Assembly: GCA_002104905.1 (NCBI GenBank)
Contig: MCFE01000018.1
Span: 1 to 64,000, forward strand
Reading direction: 5' to 3'
Source of the DNA: Basidiobolus meristosporus CBS 931.73
Lineage: Eukaryota; Fungi; Basidiobolomycota
Length of the DNA stretch: 64,000 bases
The notes under the pieces are model-generated. The model did no database searches, was not told where the DNA came from, and was given only the letters and a program-made list of their open reading frames with translations. Of the stretch, positions 51,723 to 64,000 are shown in pieces (the stretch's first letter is position 1; each line of letters starts with the position of its first letter). The position numbers and the translations under genes were made by a program.

Positions 51723-52278
51723 GGGTAATGGTGTGGTGGCGTAGAGGTACTCCTGGGAGAAGCTACACAACTCAAGGTGTGTGAGGTGTCTGATGGGTGC
51801 AAAAACCTCTGGGTCTAAACTGCAGGTGTCTTAGTCAATATATCATTATGGTAAAAGCTCCTGCTTCTCTAGCTTCCTAAATGCTCCAAGTGTCTCCAAA
51901 GGCCTCTGTGTGTCTTGTGCACTACACTGAAAAGCTCCTTGATGGCAGCGCTGAGATGTACTGTTGAAGGCAGGTTCAGTGATTAACTGCTAATCAATAA
52001 TGGAGAAGTGTTACTGATAGAAGGGATGATTTATTGATGAGGGATTGCCTTTCCTTAAATACTTTTCCTGATTGCCAAGTGATTACTAATGACAAGGTTC
52101 TAGAAGATTCTAGGTATCAGTGGAATTCTTGATGACATCACTATGAGCTAAAAATATGCCAAGAATGTCCTGGAAGGTTCTAAAAGGCACAGTGCATCCA
52201 ACCAATCAGGGATCAGTAGTCTGAAATCTATGCAACGTAGAGATACCATATATGGTACTTAAATGGTAGGGATGGTCA
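51723..52278 (-). repeat. Chromovirus 5' LTR plus leader (LTR about 51962-52278)
   Basis: Directly upstream of the gag frame. A second similar copy lies at 55219-55776. Not the same sequence as the LTR at 31573-32117. Confidence 0.7.
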
Positions 52279-52540
52279 TTGTCATCTCAAAGGATGCTGA
52301 ACCCAGCACATACTTTTGTTAAGATGCCAACTAAGTTGGGGATTGTAGCTCAATAGTTTTCCCTTGACAAGCTCGTGGCTTTATTCCCCATCACATTAGA
52401 TTAGAGACAGAACCCAAGTATTCATAGCAAGCTTTTGCCAGAGGTTATTGCACCCAGTGAACACCCCACACACAAAACACTTGAGAAGTGTTGGACGTAT
52501 TTCTCCCCTTGGACCTATACACCACCACAGCGGGTGGATC

Positions 52541-53719
52541 TGTTGTGTTGTATTATGAATAGTTTGGAGCTTGTTCTACAATGTAGAGGCTACTCAACAA
52601 TATACAACAACTTCCAGTATGCTAATACTGAAATAGTTTATTGGGAGTTTGATATACCAATAGAAGATATAACTTTCACTAATTTCCTCAATCTGAGGCT
52701 CAAAATATACTTTAGGCAATGTTTATCACTTCTGCAGCAGTGCTCTGACCTTCTGTTGACTAATGGGCTTATTTACTTTTATAGTAACTTCTCCTTATTT
52801 GGAAATCATTTTCCTTTCTGAGAAAGTATTTCCTAATATGGAAATTCTGAGCTCCCCTTTGACCTAAGGGGGTATGTTGTAGAAGTCTCCAAAGGGGTCT
52901 TTAGACCTAAAGGGGTGTCTAAAGGGGTGTCTTTAGAGTAATGGGGCTTCTTGTAGTGGTCTCTAAGTGGACTTTATACTAAAGGGGTGCCTAAAGGGAC
53001 TTCTTTAGACTAAAGGGGTGTCCAAAGGGGTGTCTTAGAGGGGACTCTTCCAACAGAAAAGTGGTAGTTTCTTGTAGAACTTAGATTGGATTATTGTGAG
53101 CTTTGCAGTCTCTTTACCAATGTAGTACCAATCAAAGTTGGAATACTCCACAGTTCATGTGATGCAAGGGAAGTCTTATAGCCTTTAAACTTGTAATTGT
53201 AGTGTGGAGATTCTGGAAAGAGAGGCTCTCCTTTATTTTTCAGCTGGAGAAGTCATATATACAAAAATTGTGAAGGATCAAACTTTTTGGGCAATTGTGC
53301 AAGCAATACATGTGATACAAAGCTAAAATTTTGCAGTGGTGCAGATCAGACATAGGCGCAGCACCTGTGAAAACTCCATATGATTTGTTTGGCTGGCTCA
53401 AAAGTTTCACACAATCAAAGTCACCATAGTAATCCCAGCAATAAGGCATAGTATATATAATAATTGGACTCATTTGGTCATAGCTCCTTAAGTACTGCTT
53501 CAAATGAGCTGTAATTTGAACATGTGTTGGCTACTACGTGTTCTGTATGACATAATATTCTTAGATGGATTGCTTGTCAGGGTCTGGAGCTTCTGTCCTT
53601 CAAAGTTGGAAATTCTTGATCTTTCACTTGTGTGTAACAATAGCAAAATGAAAAATATAGAAATGAGTGCAATATTGGTTTAGAGACATTGTAGTAATGG
53701 AATACTTTCCATTACCACA
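52541..53719. mobile_element. Solo LTR-like insertion (1179 bp) related to the gypsy C LTR
   Basis: TG...CA termini with 4-bp TSD GATC; the empty site GGTGGATCCAATCC is seen at 30682. 52541-53040 is similar to 61201-61690, including AAAGGGGTGTC repeats. Confidence 0.7.
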
Positions 53720-56530
53720 GATCCAATCCGGATCATCTGTCAAGATCCTGTTAAGAGACTGTCATAATAACAGCAGCTTGAAATAAGTGACCCTCCTGAC
53801 AATCTTATAAAAAGATCATGACGGTGTTTTGCAAATTTTACAGCCAAATAAGGGGATAAAACTTGACAATTTTTGATTGTTGCTGTGACAATATTTGCAT
53901 GGTACTGTTGTGGTCTTTCAGCGCTCTATTACTATTTTAAGTGGATCCAGTAGGCCAGGACTTCCAATTGCCTTATATGGCAAAAAACTTGAAGGTATTT
54001 TGACGGCCTCACAGCAAGACTCTGATGGCATTTTTTTGGCAGTATAATGGCCTACTGCTGGTTCTGTATTATGCTATTGTACCAATTTACCAAATGGTAT
54101 TTTCTTTTTCTACCTCCCCTTGTGCAATTCATATATTTCACTACAGAATCACCTTTCTTTATTTGCTTACCCACTACTACCTTGGGTATTCCACATATAG
54201 TTCAAGTTGAAAAAAACTATGGCCTCCTGCTTACTAACCTCTACAAACACACACACCTGCTGCAATTGACATACTTCTATCACCTCAACTTTACAGCTTT
54301 TTAGTGTGATACTAACAAAGTTGCCATATACCTTGTACTGCTGGTAGCACATACATCTTGCAAACATATGCTTGGTTGTTGCCACTTCTGCCATGAATTC
54401 CTCCTGAATATTGGCAAAGAACTTCTTGGTATTTAGCCAATATATTCCCTCTCCCTGCTGGATTCTAGTCCCCCTTATAGGTGTGCTCTGGCTTTTGTTT
54501 GTGTGAATTCTGTATTGATTGGTGTAGAAGTTGGCTTGTGACCACAAGAAATCCGGCATATCTTAGTGGAGTTTTCCTGATAAAAATTATTTGCTTGTTG
54601 TACCCAACCCAAATTTGCAATACTTAACTGATTACCCATGCATTGGGGCTGCTTAGCTTCTTAATGCCATAGGCATAGGTGTCTCCATGTGCACATTTGT
54701 CCTCAGTATTTTCCAACTCTTTCTGGCTGTCCTCAATGTACAAACTCATCACATCCATGACAGACTTGAAGGTAATATTCTTGATGAGATTGGGATATGG
54801 TAGTACCTGCTACTTGACTTGTCTTCCTATTTCCCCACACATCTGCTCCATAGGAGACTCCCAAAAGGTGAAGCAAGGCCCAGTATTCTCCACACACCAT
54901 GCAAGATGGAGTAGAGAATGGATACAGTAGCGTCAGACACCTACACATTCAGCTTTATGTTTGTAGTATAGCTGCTCAAATCCCGTCTCAAACTCCTCAC
55001 ACAACAGCTGTGGATGCTTCAAGTTGGCATTGGTGATCCGCTTCTGGATAAGTATTCCTACAATGTCCACATATGACTCTCATTGCTTCCAATGTACTCT
55101 TGGTAGGAATGGCATCAGAACACCACTTGAATAAATACATTTCCTGTTCATCCAGTCTTTGCATTTGTATTACTGCATATGCGTATGAATATTAATTGGA
55201 GCCCGTGAGAAGTACTAAGGGTAGCGGTGTGGTGGTGTAGAGGTACTCCTGGGAGATGCTACACAACTCAAGGTGTGTAAGGTGTCTGATGGGTGCAATA
55301 ACCTCTGGGTCTAAACTGCCGGTGTCTTTGTCAATATGTCTCTATGGTAAAAGCTCCTGCTTCTCTAGCTTCCTAAATGCTCCAAGTGTCTCCAAAGACC
55401 TCTGTGTGTCTTGTGCACTACACTGAAAAGCTCCTTGACGGCAGGGCTGAGATGTACTGTTGAAGGCAGGTGCAGTGATCAACTGCTAATCAATAAGGGA
55501 GAAGTGTTACTGATAGAAGGGATGATTTAATGATGAAGGATTGCCTTCCCTTGAATACTTTTCCTGATTGCCAAGTGACTACTAATGACAAGGTTCTAGA
55601 AGATTCCAGGCATCAGTGGAACTCTAGATGACATCACTATGAGCTAAAAATATGCCAAGAATGTCCTGGAAGGTTCTAAAAGGCACAGCACATCCAATCA
55701 ATCAGGGATCAGTAGCCTGAAACCTTTGTAGCATAGAGATACCATATGTGGTATTTAAATGGTAGGGATGGTTACACAGATTTAGGTCATATGTCATGGG
55801 CACTGACGTGGGTAATTGCCTAATGTAGACACATATACTGTTCACAAAGCTGAGTGACATCTGGGATAACTAATGCTAATAACTAATCAGGTTAAGCATC
55901 ATATGGGGATAATACAAAAAATATGGGTAAAATAAGAATGGGATAATTTTGATAAGACAAAATATGGAGAAGTGTATCATAATAGCTGTAAGAATAAACT
56001 TGTCTGTGGGAGGTATGTTTACCCTACCCTAGTGGATACTTGGTAATATCTTGCCAATTTTATCAAATTTCTCTGGTATCTTGAAGGGCTCATTTAGCTT
56101 GGAATGCCCCATGTATAACTTGGTTATCAGTAAAGAGATATTGTTGAAAAGCAAATGCATTGCTCCCAGAGGAAAGCTTTTGCTCCAACAGATACCCTCT
56201 ATCTTAAGTATCTCCGGTTTCCAATTGATTCCATACTCTAGCCAATGGCTTATAGCTTGCCAACTTTGCTGCAATTGCATGCTTACTTCTGTACATTCTC
56301 TCTGTGGAAAGATGATGTTCTTAGTGCTGGTGTTTGGGTAATAACAATGTCTGTTGTTATAGAGTAAATCCACTGGATCTCACACATTTGACAGCATACC
56401 ATCCATTGTGCCCAGAAAAACCTGCTATCTTGTTGATGGCTGGGGTATCTCCAATGCAGATTATAATATGTACTTTTACATGATTGCCATTTACTGTTAT
56501 CCCACAGGAAAGCATACAAAATTCATCCAG
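53720..56530 (-). pseudogene. Decayed CACTA/EnSpm-like (Transposase_21-type) transposase, interrupted around 55180-56010
   Basis: Motifs CIGDTPAINKIAGFSGHNGWYA-CQMCEI, SFPLGAMHLLFNNI and IHSLLHLAWCVENTGPCFTFWESPMEQMCGEIG..K*QVLPYPNL match fungal CACTA transposases. Multiple stops and frameshifts. Confidence 0.8.
55219..55776 (-). repeat. Second copy of chromovirus LTR/leader
   Basis: Colinear and highly similar to 51723-52278; ends with TGTAACC on the minus strand. Confidence 0.85.
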
Positions 56531-56750
56531 CAATGGATACAGGTAGCTATCCAGGTTGGAAGGTGATTTAGGCCCAGATACCAGTGAGACACCATCAGAT
56601 TATTGCTCTAATACCATCAGATTATTGCTCTAATACCATCAGATGGGTGGCAGATTCAGATTGATGAGAATCAGTGCCAGCCTGATTGGCTGGTAGAGTA
56701 CTTGTTTAATGAGAATCCATCAAGTGCCAAAGCAAAGTCTGTTCTTTGTA

Positions 56751-58760
56751 TGTAGAGAAGCAGACCAGCAGAAGATATTGGAAGTAACTGGGAGAACATG
56801 TAGATTAAGTGGCTTTTGCTTAGTGATTTATTGAAGGTAGAAGTAGAATATATAGTTATAAATGGTCTTGGCATAACAAACACATCAAATAGGCTTAGGA
56901 AGGTCTTAAGAGTATGAATGCAAAGATCAGGGCTGTTTGAACAACTTTCAGAATATTCATGTTCTGGATACCTAGTATTTTAGTGAAATATTTCAGGTAT
57001 ATACCAATAAGTAATTTGGACAGTATTCTCTAAGACTAGTAGGTAGTGATCTAAGTGACTAGGACAGGTCAATATTTAGGTAGAATTACAAATTTCTATA
57101 ATACTCCCACTGAACCAAGTGTTCACTCTGGCCTGCGCTAATTTTGACCTAAAATATTTAAAGTTGTCTCTTGCTCACAATAAGGTAAGTATGTAGAAAT
57201 TCATTACATCTACAGGACAATCAACTAAGCTAACTAAGCTATTCTCTATAGTGTAACATCTGAAACCATATCTGACATCTATGTGCTTACTTCTGGCATA
57301 AAAGTTGTAATTTTACTAAAATGTATACATCCTTAATTATCTTGGTATGAGATATAGGCATTTTTGACATATGCTTTAGTCATTGGAATGCTTTCCTAAC
57401 CACAATGCTTCTTTTGTAGCTTTGCAGACTGCTATAAATGCTGCCTCTGTGGTAGAAAATGCTTTGGTTGGTTGCTTTCATGAATTCCATAAAATTGCAC
57501 TATACAGTAAAGAAAATTGTATTTTGTGGTGGGTCTTCTGTCTTCTGGTTTTTGCTCCCAAGAAGTATCAAAGTATCCCATTAGATGCTGCACTGAATTC
57601 TTATGGGTGTATCTTAAGCAGATATCAGCAGTTCCTTTTGGGATCTTAAAACCTTCTAACTGCTACAATATGATAAGATGAATAGTTCTGATTGTGCCAG
57701 CTGTCAACTCCTGCTGAATACAAGATATCTGGACATGTTCCAAGCATAGAGTAAATGAATTGGCAACCCAAGATTGATATGGAAATTTAGGGCTTTCAGA
57801 TGGTTCCAAGCTCTCTTGATTTGGTTGAATATTAATCAAGCTAACATCTGTCTCCATTGGGGTAGCTGCCAGTTAGCTGTATTTAATTTGGTTCTGCTTA
57901 AGTATATCTTGAATATACTTGGACTGGCTTAGGGTAATAATCTGCGTTACTACTAGTGGAGAACTCTATCCTTAATAAGTAACTGAGCTCTCCTTGATCA
58001 GATATCTTGAGATCCTTAGATAAGCTGGACTTAATCTGTTCCTTTATTTCTAAGTTATTAGCAGCTATAATAAGATCATCTACATATAGAGTTGATATAA
58101 CTGGACTTACTCTGACTGGCCTGTGGTAAATACCATAGTTCACAGCACTTCTTTGGAAGCTCAAAGATTCCAAATAAGAGTCTATCTTGCAATTCCAAGC
58201 TCTTGAAGGTTGTTTGCATCCATGTAGAGATTCTTAAGCTTGCAGACCAAATGTGGGTTATCTTAGTCAGCAATTCCATATGCACATTCTCATCAAGTGC
58301 CCCATTTGCAAATGCAGCTTTTACCTGCATCTGATGTATAGAAAATATATACTTGGCTGTAATAGCAAACATTAATCTAGTGGAATAAGACCCAACTACT
58401 TGTGTAAAGTTCTTGCTACAATCATGTCCTTTTGCTCAAGATTACTCTTTTGCCACACATTATGCTTTGTATTTTTTAAATTGAACCATCAGCCTTGCAT
58501 CTTGTCTTGATGATTCATCTGCATTAAATAAATTTATAGATGATTGGTAATATGACTATTCCCAAGTCTGATTTTTCATTACAGCCTGATATTTAGTCAT
58601 TGTAGATGTCCAAATACTTCTCTGAGGGCTATTCAGGGTATATTCTAAAGTGTAAGACTCATCAATATGTACTGAATAGCCATAGGCTAGGCTTGTACTC
58701 TGATTGATATAGTAATTTAGGCTAATTCTAGTGTAGTGGGATTGTCTGGTTTGTGATACT
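56751..58760 (-). mobile_element. Older decayed copia copy (3' LTR about 56751-57103, RNase H, RT), same family as 32409
   Basis: LTR is similar to the reverse complement of the 32409 LTR, preceded by PPT CAGTGGGAG. RT/RNase H remnants include METDVSL and TLYVDDLIIAANN. Confidence 0.8.
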
Positions 58761-58779
58761 CTAACTCTAAGAAGCTTAA

Positions 58780-61200
58780 AAGTACTGCTTAGCTACTGGT
58801 ATACCTCAAGAGACAACTGTTCCATGTACTCAAATGCAAAATGGTGTAGCATAACATGCAAATCAAATAACAGTAGAGATGGGAAAATCTTTGCTGCATG
58901 AAGCAGGAGTTGACTACATATCTTGGACTGGATCTGTTGTTACCATAGACCCCATTGAAAATAGATACCCAACAAGAGCACTATGTGACTCCAAACCCAT
59001 TGAAGCATAAACTTCAGGATCTTTGGCTGTGATGTTTTCTATCACATCCCTAACAAAAACACTCAAAGTTAAAACCAAAAAGTCCAAAAGGGATCTTTCT
59101 TGGCTATTGTGAAGGTACTAGAGGTTATAGTGTGTATAATGGCAAATTCAGACGCTGATCAAGAGCGGAGATGTTGTGTTTGAGGAGAAATCAGGTCTAA
59201 AAGCCAGTAAGATCATTGGCTGGCTACCTGATAGTGCAATCAACACTTATGAAGAAGATATATATCTAATCCAGCCAGAAAAAGAAGAAAGCTTTACCAC
59301 TTACAGATTAGAAGAGATTAACCCTGTTAGAAGTTCTACCAGAGTAAGGAGTGACCCTGGATCTTGATAGCAAACATCCAATGGCAAGGAAGAAGCTTAT
59401 CTTGCCTTATGTACCAAGCCTTGAAATCTGAAACAAGCAACTCAGAGTCCATATACTACTACATGGAAGTACACCACACAGGAAGAGTACCAATCACTTA
59501 TCTGGGCACCCATATGGGAGCTGGTTGATTTAGCAACTGGGCATAAGCCAATAGGATGTATATGGGGCTACAAGATCAGGACAACCTCAAATGGTAAGCT
59601 GATAAGTATAAAGCTAGATTGGTAGCTCAAGGCAATTGCCAGTTCCACTAGACTTTAAGGAAATATTTGCTCCAGTTCCCAAAGTTTACTCCATTAGGAC
59701 AGTTGTAGCCATTGTAGCTATACCCTATCTGGATCTACACCAAATGATTGCCAAACAGCCTCTCAAAATGGGGATCTGCAAAAAGTTATACTTATGGTGC
59801 AAATATAAGGATTTAGTAATCTAGTGACCCCTAAAAGCTGTGCTGACTTAGGAAATTGTTGTATGGGCATAAGCAGGCACCTAAAGCATGGTATAACAAG
59901 ATTAAAAATATCCAGAGGAGATTGGGTTCCTTTCTAGCTCTGCAGATCACATGATATATATCACACAGCTTAAAAAGGATATTATTATTCTGGTATTTTA
60001 TGTAGATGAGGTAGTAATGCTGCAAGTGACCAGGATGCACTTAACCATGCAAAAGTAGACCTCTTCAGCAAGTCTCAGAATGAAAGATCTTGGGAATTGT
60101 GCTATTCCCTTAAGTTGAAGTCAAAGCTGACATACCTATGCCTAAAAGTGTGCTTAATCAGTCCAAGTACCACTGGAGCATTCCTAGAAAGTTCAAAATG
60201 AAAAATTGCAAGCTTGTAACAATCCTCATGGATAGGAACATGAGGTTAAGCATATTTCATTCATTTTCATGAAAACCAACTCAGATATGGACCAACACTC
60301 CCCCTGTCAATCAATTATTGGTAGCCTGTTGTACTTGAAGGTGTCTGCAAGTCTGATATTGCAGTGGCAACTGGAATAGTCAGTATATTTATGCAGAATT
60401 ATGGATCTGATCAAATTGCAGCAGTTAAGCAAATCTTGAGATGTGTTCAAGGTACAACTGATATGCTTCTGGTATACCCTGGAGTAGCTAAAGGGCGTAG
60501 ATTGAATGGCTATAGTGATATAGGCTGGGGCAGGGATTGAATTGACAGATGCTTCACTGTAGGGTATGTATTTATATATACTGGTGCAGCTATTATTTGG
60601 AATTGCAAGAAACAACCAACTGTGGCCATCTCTACAACTGAAACTGAATATAGAGCTACTTGTCAAGCAACTCAAAGACTATATGGTTACAAAAGCTACT
60701 CAATGACTTGATTTTTAGTTTGGATGAGCCAACATGTATTTACAAGGATAGTGAAAGTTGTATTTCATTAGCTAGGAGTCCTACTAAACATGCCAAAACT
60801 ACACACACATATATATAACACCATTTTGTGAGGGAAGCTGTAGAAAACACCTTATTAGAGTTAGTTTACTGCCCAGCTGACAAAATGGTAGCAGACATAT
60901 TGACAAAACCACTAGCAAGGACACAGTTTGCAAATCTCATAGAGAAATTAGGATTAAGAAATTTTTTAGACAAGGGGGAGTGTTGAAACAATAGACCACT
61001 TAGTATCATTCTGCAGCTAAAAATCTGCTCAACAATTCAGGGCCAGTCTTGGTTACTATAGGACTACCCTATAGCATTAACTTTGCGACTTTCTTCCAGA
61101 TGAGTGATTCTAAGATCAGAATGCCCCTTAATGTTGAGAAACTCTCCTCACTCAGTGTTGCAGTAGTGTTACATCTGCAAAGGTATATATACTGAGCTTC
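58780..61200 (+). mobile_element. Heavily decayed Ty1/copia of a second family (integrase end, RT, RNase H, partial 3' LTR from 60981)
   Basis: Remnants TTVP..QNGVA, KGIFLGYCEGTRGY, YKARLVAQG, NCKKQPTVAISTTETEY, DKMVADILTKPL. PPT AAGGGGGAG is followed by TGTTG at 60981. Confidence 0.8.
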
Positions 61201-64000
61201 TGTTTTGTAGTATTATGAGTAGTTTGGGGCTTGTTCTACAATGTAGAGGCTGATTATCAATATACAACAGCTTCCAACATGGTGATACTGGAATAGCTTA
61301 TTTGGAGTTTTATATACCAATAGAAGATCTAACTTTCAATAATATCCTCATTCTTAGGCTCAAAGTATACTGTAGGCGGTGTTTCTCACTTATACCGCAG
61401 TGTTCTGACCTGCTGTGGACTATTGGGCTTATTCATTTTTATGATAACTTTTCCTTATTTTGAAGTCACTATCCTTTCAGAGAGTATATTTCCTAATATT
61501 GGAGTTCTGGGCTCCTCTATAGACCTGAAGGGATGTGATGTAGAATCTCCAGAGGGGTCTTTAGGCCTAAAGAGATGTCTTTAGAATAACAGGGCTTCTT
61601 GTGGTGGTCTATAAAGTGGACTTAACAATAAAGCGGTGCCTAAAGGGGCAATCTTTAGAGTAAAGGGGTTTCTTGAAGGGGTCTCTTATTACAAGTCTTG
61701 GTATAAGAGTTGTAGGGGAATAGGGAGTTTAGCTAGTATTGTATTCACTAAAACTTGAACTGATCTTTATTGTGGTTCCAGCAGCTCCTTATATACATTT
61801 TGCCAGATCAATTGCTGACTAATTGTATTCCCTAATGCAGGTTGTGGCTAATGACTCATGTGATTGCATCATCATCACCCAATAAGATCCTACTTAATAT
61901 ATCTATTTCTGTCTGATAGGAATCTTCTGACTCATTTGCTGACTAATGCTACTGATTTGATAGATAATACTGACATACTGATAACCAAAACATATAACTA
62001 ATTGATTTGACTAAAAACTGATCTAACTTAGACATTCAAGCAGCAGATCATAACATTCTCCCCTACTAAAGTTGAGAGGGTCCTCCTGAATCTCTTTTCT
62101 TGTGATACCAATATCTCAATGGTTCAGTATTATCAGCAAGTCTTGCAAGCTGAGTCTGTCTCTATGAACTAAATCTTCCCAGATATTCACTTGTTTATCC
62201 ACTAGTTGGTAAGTTGCAAATGGACATTCCCTGATGATCTTGAATGGTCCTGTCCATTGTGGCTCAAACTTCTTCTGATTGTTGTTTCTTAGCAATACAA
62301 AGTTGCCAACTGTCAATGCTTCTGGTGTTATAGTCTTATCAAATCTCGGCTTTGTCTTTTCTGCACTTTGAGATACTTTGGCCTGTGCCTCTTGTTGTCT
62401 TTGTTCCAATTGCTGGTGTCTACTGGGCTGACTAAGTTCATCTTCTAAGGCATCTGTAAGCTTGGGTTGTGTGAGATCTCCTGGAATCCTTGGTTCATAT
62501 CCATACACTAAGTAAAATGGTGATTGTTGGGTAGTGTTGTGCACTCTAACTCTGCAGGCAAAAAGTGCTTGATCTATATACTCATCCCATCTACTGACAA
62601 CTTCATTTGCATACTTGGTCAGCATTTTTCCAAATAATCCATTAAAGGGTTCAGTGACTCCATTAGTTCTGCGGTGATATGCCGAGGTTTTCAGGTGTTT
62701 AATCTGCTGTATTTCCAGGTAAGCCTCTAATGTCTTTGCCATAAAGTTTGCTCCTCTACCAGATAAGATCTCCACAGGGCATCCAAACTTCATCAGGATC
62801 TCATGGTAAATGAAACTTGCAACTTCTTGTTCACTGGCTATTGGTACAGCTTTAGCAACTGGCCATTTAGTGGCATGGTCAATTACTACTAGGATCCAAC
62901 AGTTGCATTTCCTGGTGGTTAGCAGTCTTCCAACAAAGTCAATTCCCCATCTCTCAAATGGTCTTACAGGCTCCAAAGGGAAGAGTTTGGCAATTCTATG
63001 TGGCTGGCCTTGATTGATTTGGCAGTTTGGGCATGTTTTCACTAGCTTCTCAATATCTTGATTCATTCTGGGCCACCATGCTCTGGCTTTCACAAGGCTA
63101 TAGGTTCCTTCAATTCCAAGATGTCCATATCCATTGTGTAGCTTACGTATTAAATCCAGGCAAGAAACATAAGGGCAATAGGCAATAGGGCTTCCATCAA
63201 CAATTTGGTAGAGAGTTTCATCCTGTACTACAAATTTGCTGGCTGCATCTTGGATTATCTTCTTAATATCTTCATCCACCTCATTAGGAATGGCTTGGTC
63301 CTCCAAGTACTTTGGTAATAGGCTAGGCCAGTTGGATTCATGCACCAAGTTGAGTTGTGCAACTTGATCTAATCTTGATAAGGCATCACCAATTGTATTG
63401 TTTTTTCCAGGGCAGTAGACAATCTCAAAGTCAAATTGCTGAATGTATTCACTCCATCTTTTCATTCTTCTAGAGAGTACCTTCTGAGTAAATATATACT
63501 TCAGGGAGGCATGATCAGTCTTCACAGTGCATTTGACTCCTTCAATATAGCATCTCCATGTCTTCAAACAGTGTATCATAGCAAGCATCTCCTTCCCATG
63601 GACTGGATAGTTTTGTTCTGCTGAGTTCAGTTTCTTGGATTCAAAGGCAACAGGGTAGTCCTTTTCATTGTGTTCTTGGCTCAGCACCCCACCAATTACA
63701 TAATCTGAAGCATCTGTGCACAGAGTGAACTCTTTTTGAAAGTACGGTATTCTTAAGCTTGGCAGTTTGGCAAGTTCATTATTGAGCATCTGAAATGCAG
63801 TCTCACAGGCTATGTCCCACTTGTAGATGTTGTCTTTCTTGAGGATATTGGTTAAAGGGGCTCCAATGCTTGCAAAGGACTTGACAAATCTCCAATAATA
63901 GGATGCCATTCCAAGGAATGATCTGAGCTCTGATATGCTATGGGGCTGCTGCAAATTCTTGATAACTTCTACCTTTTTAGGGTCTAAGGTCACTACTGTG
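61201..64000 (-). mobile_element. Ty3/gypsy retrotransposon C: 3' LTR 61201-62055 and open RT-end/RNase H/integrase ORF running off the window
   Basis: 625-aa ORF 62116-63993: LRSFLGMASYY, FTLCTDASDYVIGGVLSQ, HHCC zinc finger, PFERWGIDFVG, TSAYH..TNGVTE, WTGPFKI. PPT AGTAGGGGAGAA precedes the LTR (TGTT...AACA). Confidence 0.92.

Larger units (their letters stand above)
31573..52278 (-). mobile_element. Ty3/gypsy chromovirus (Tf1/Maggy-like), fragmented by nested insertions
   Basis: gag (about 51730-50111), protease ALIDSGAS (about 50000), [24 protein letters not shown], RNase H, integrase (37081-38127) and chromodomain EFEVWQVLDSK..YLVDWVGYSPNDQTWEP (32145-32345). PPT AAAAGAGGAGAATGG precedes an LTR at 31573-32117. 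Reading frames rejoin across TSDs TCTAG, GACAT and AAT. Confidence 0.92.

Overview
Eukaryotic, intron-rich fungal DNA in two sharply separated halves. The gene set and style suggest an early-diverging fungus such as a Zoopagomycete (Basidiobolus-like); this is inferred and cannot be verified here. 1-28.0 kb is a dense, CpG-rich block of 18 genes: UBTD-like, ARPC4, a GNAT/SSAT, RAS, CSN3, NDUFA3/NI9M, COX6, COX9, PBS2, an FCP1-like phosphatase, PEX3, NDC80, MON1, an intronless orphan, BXI1/TMBIM, an S1A protease and a single-pass membrane protein whose ectodomain reconstructs as a Frizzled-type cysteine-rich domain. NI9M and COX9 are missed by the ORF track. 28.0-64 kb is almost pure transposon DNA, strongly CpG-depleted, and can be unpicked by LTRs, TIRs and target-site duplications (TSDs) into a five-level nest: CACTA remnant > chromovirus > Ty3/gypsy > two-ORF PHIS (IS5/ISL2EU-like) DNA transposon > its own 734-bp foldback MITE. 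There are also several copia copies and solo LTRs. Best novelty candidates: (i) the Frizzled-CRD/mucin-stalk receptor, divergently paired with an atypical secreted protease; (ii) the PHIS element/foldback-MITE system with AAT/ATT TSDs and co-evolving 347-bp arms; (iii) a gypsy integrase with an unknown C-terminal extension. Isolated frameshifts in conserved genes look like homopolymer assembly errors. No rRNA, tRNA or CRISPR arrays were seen.
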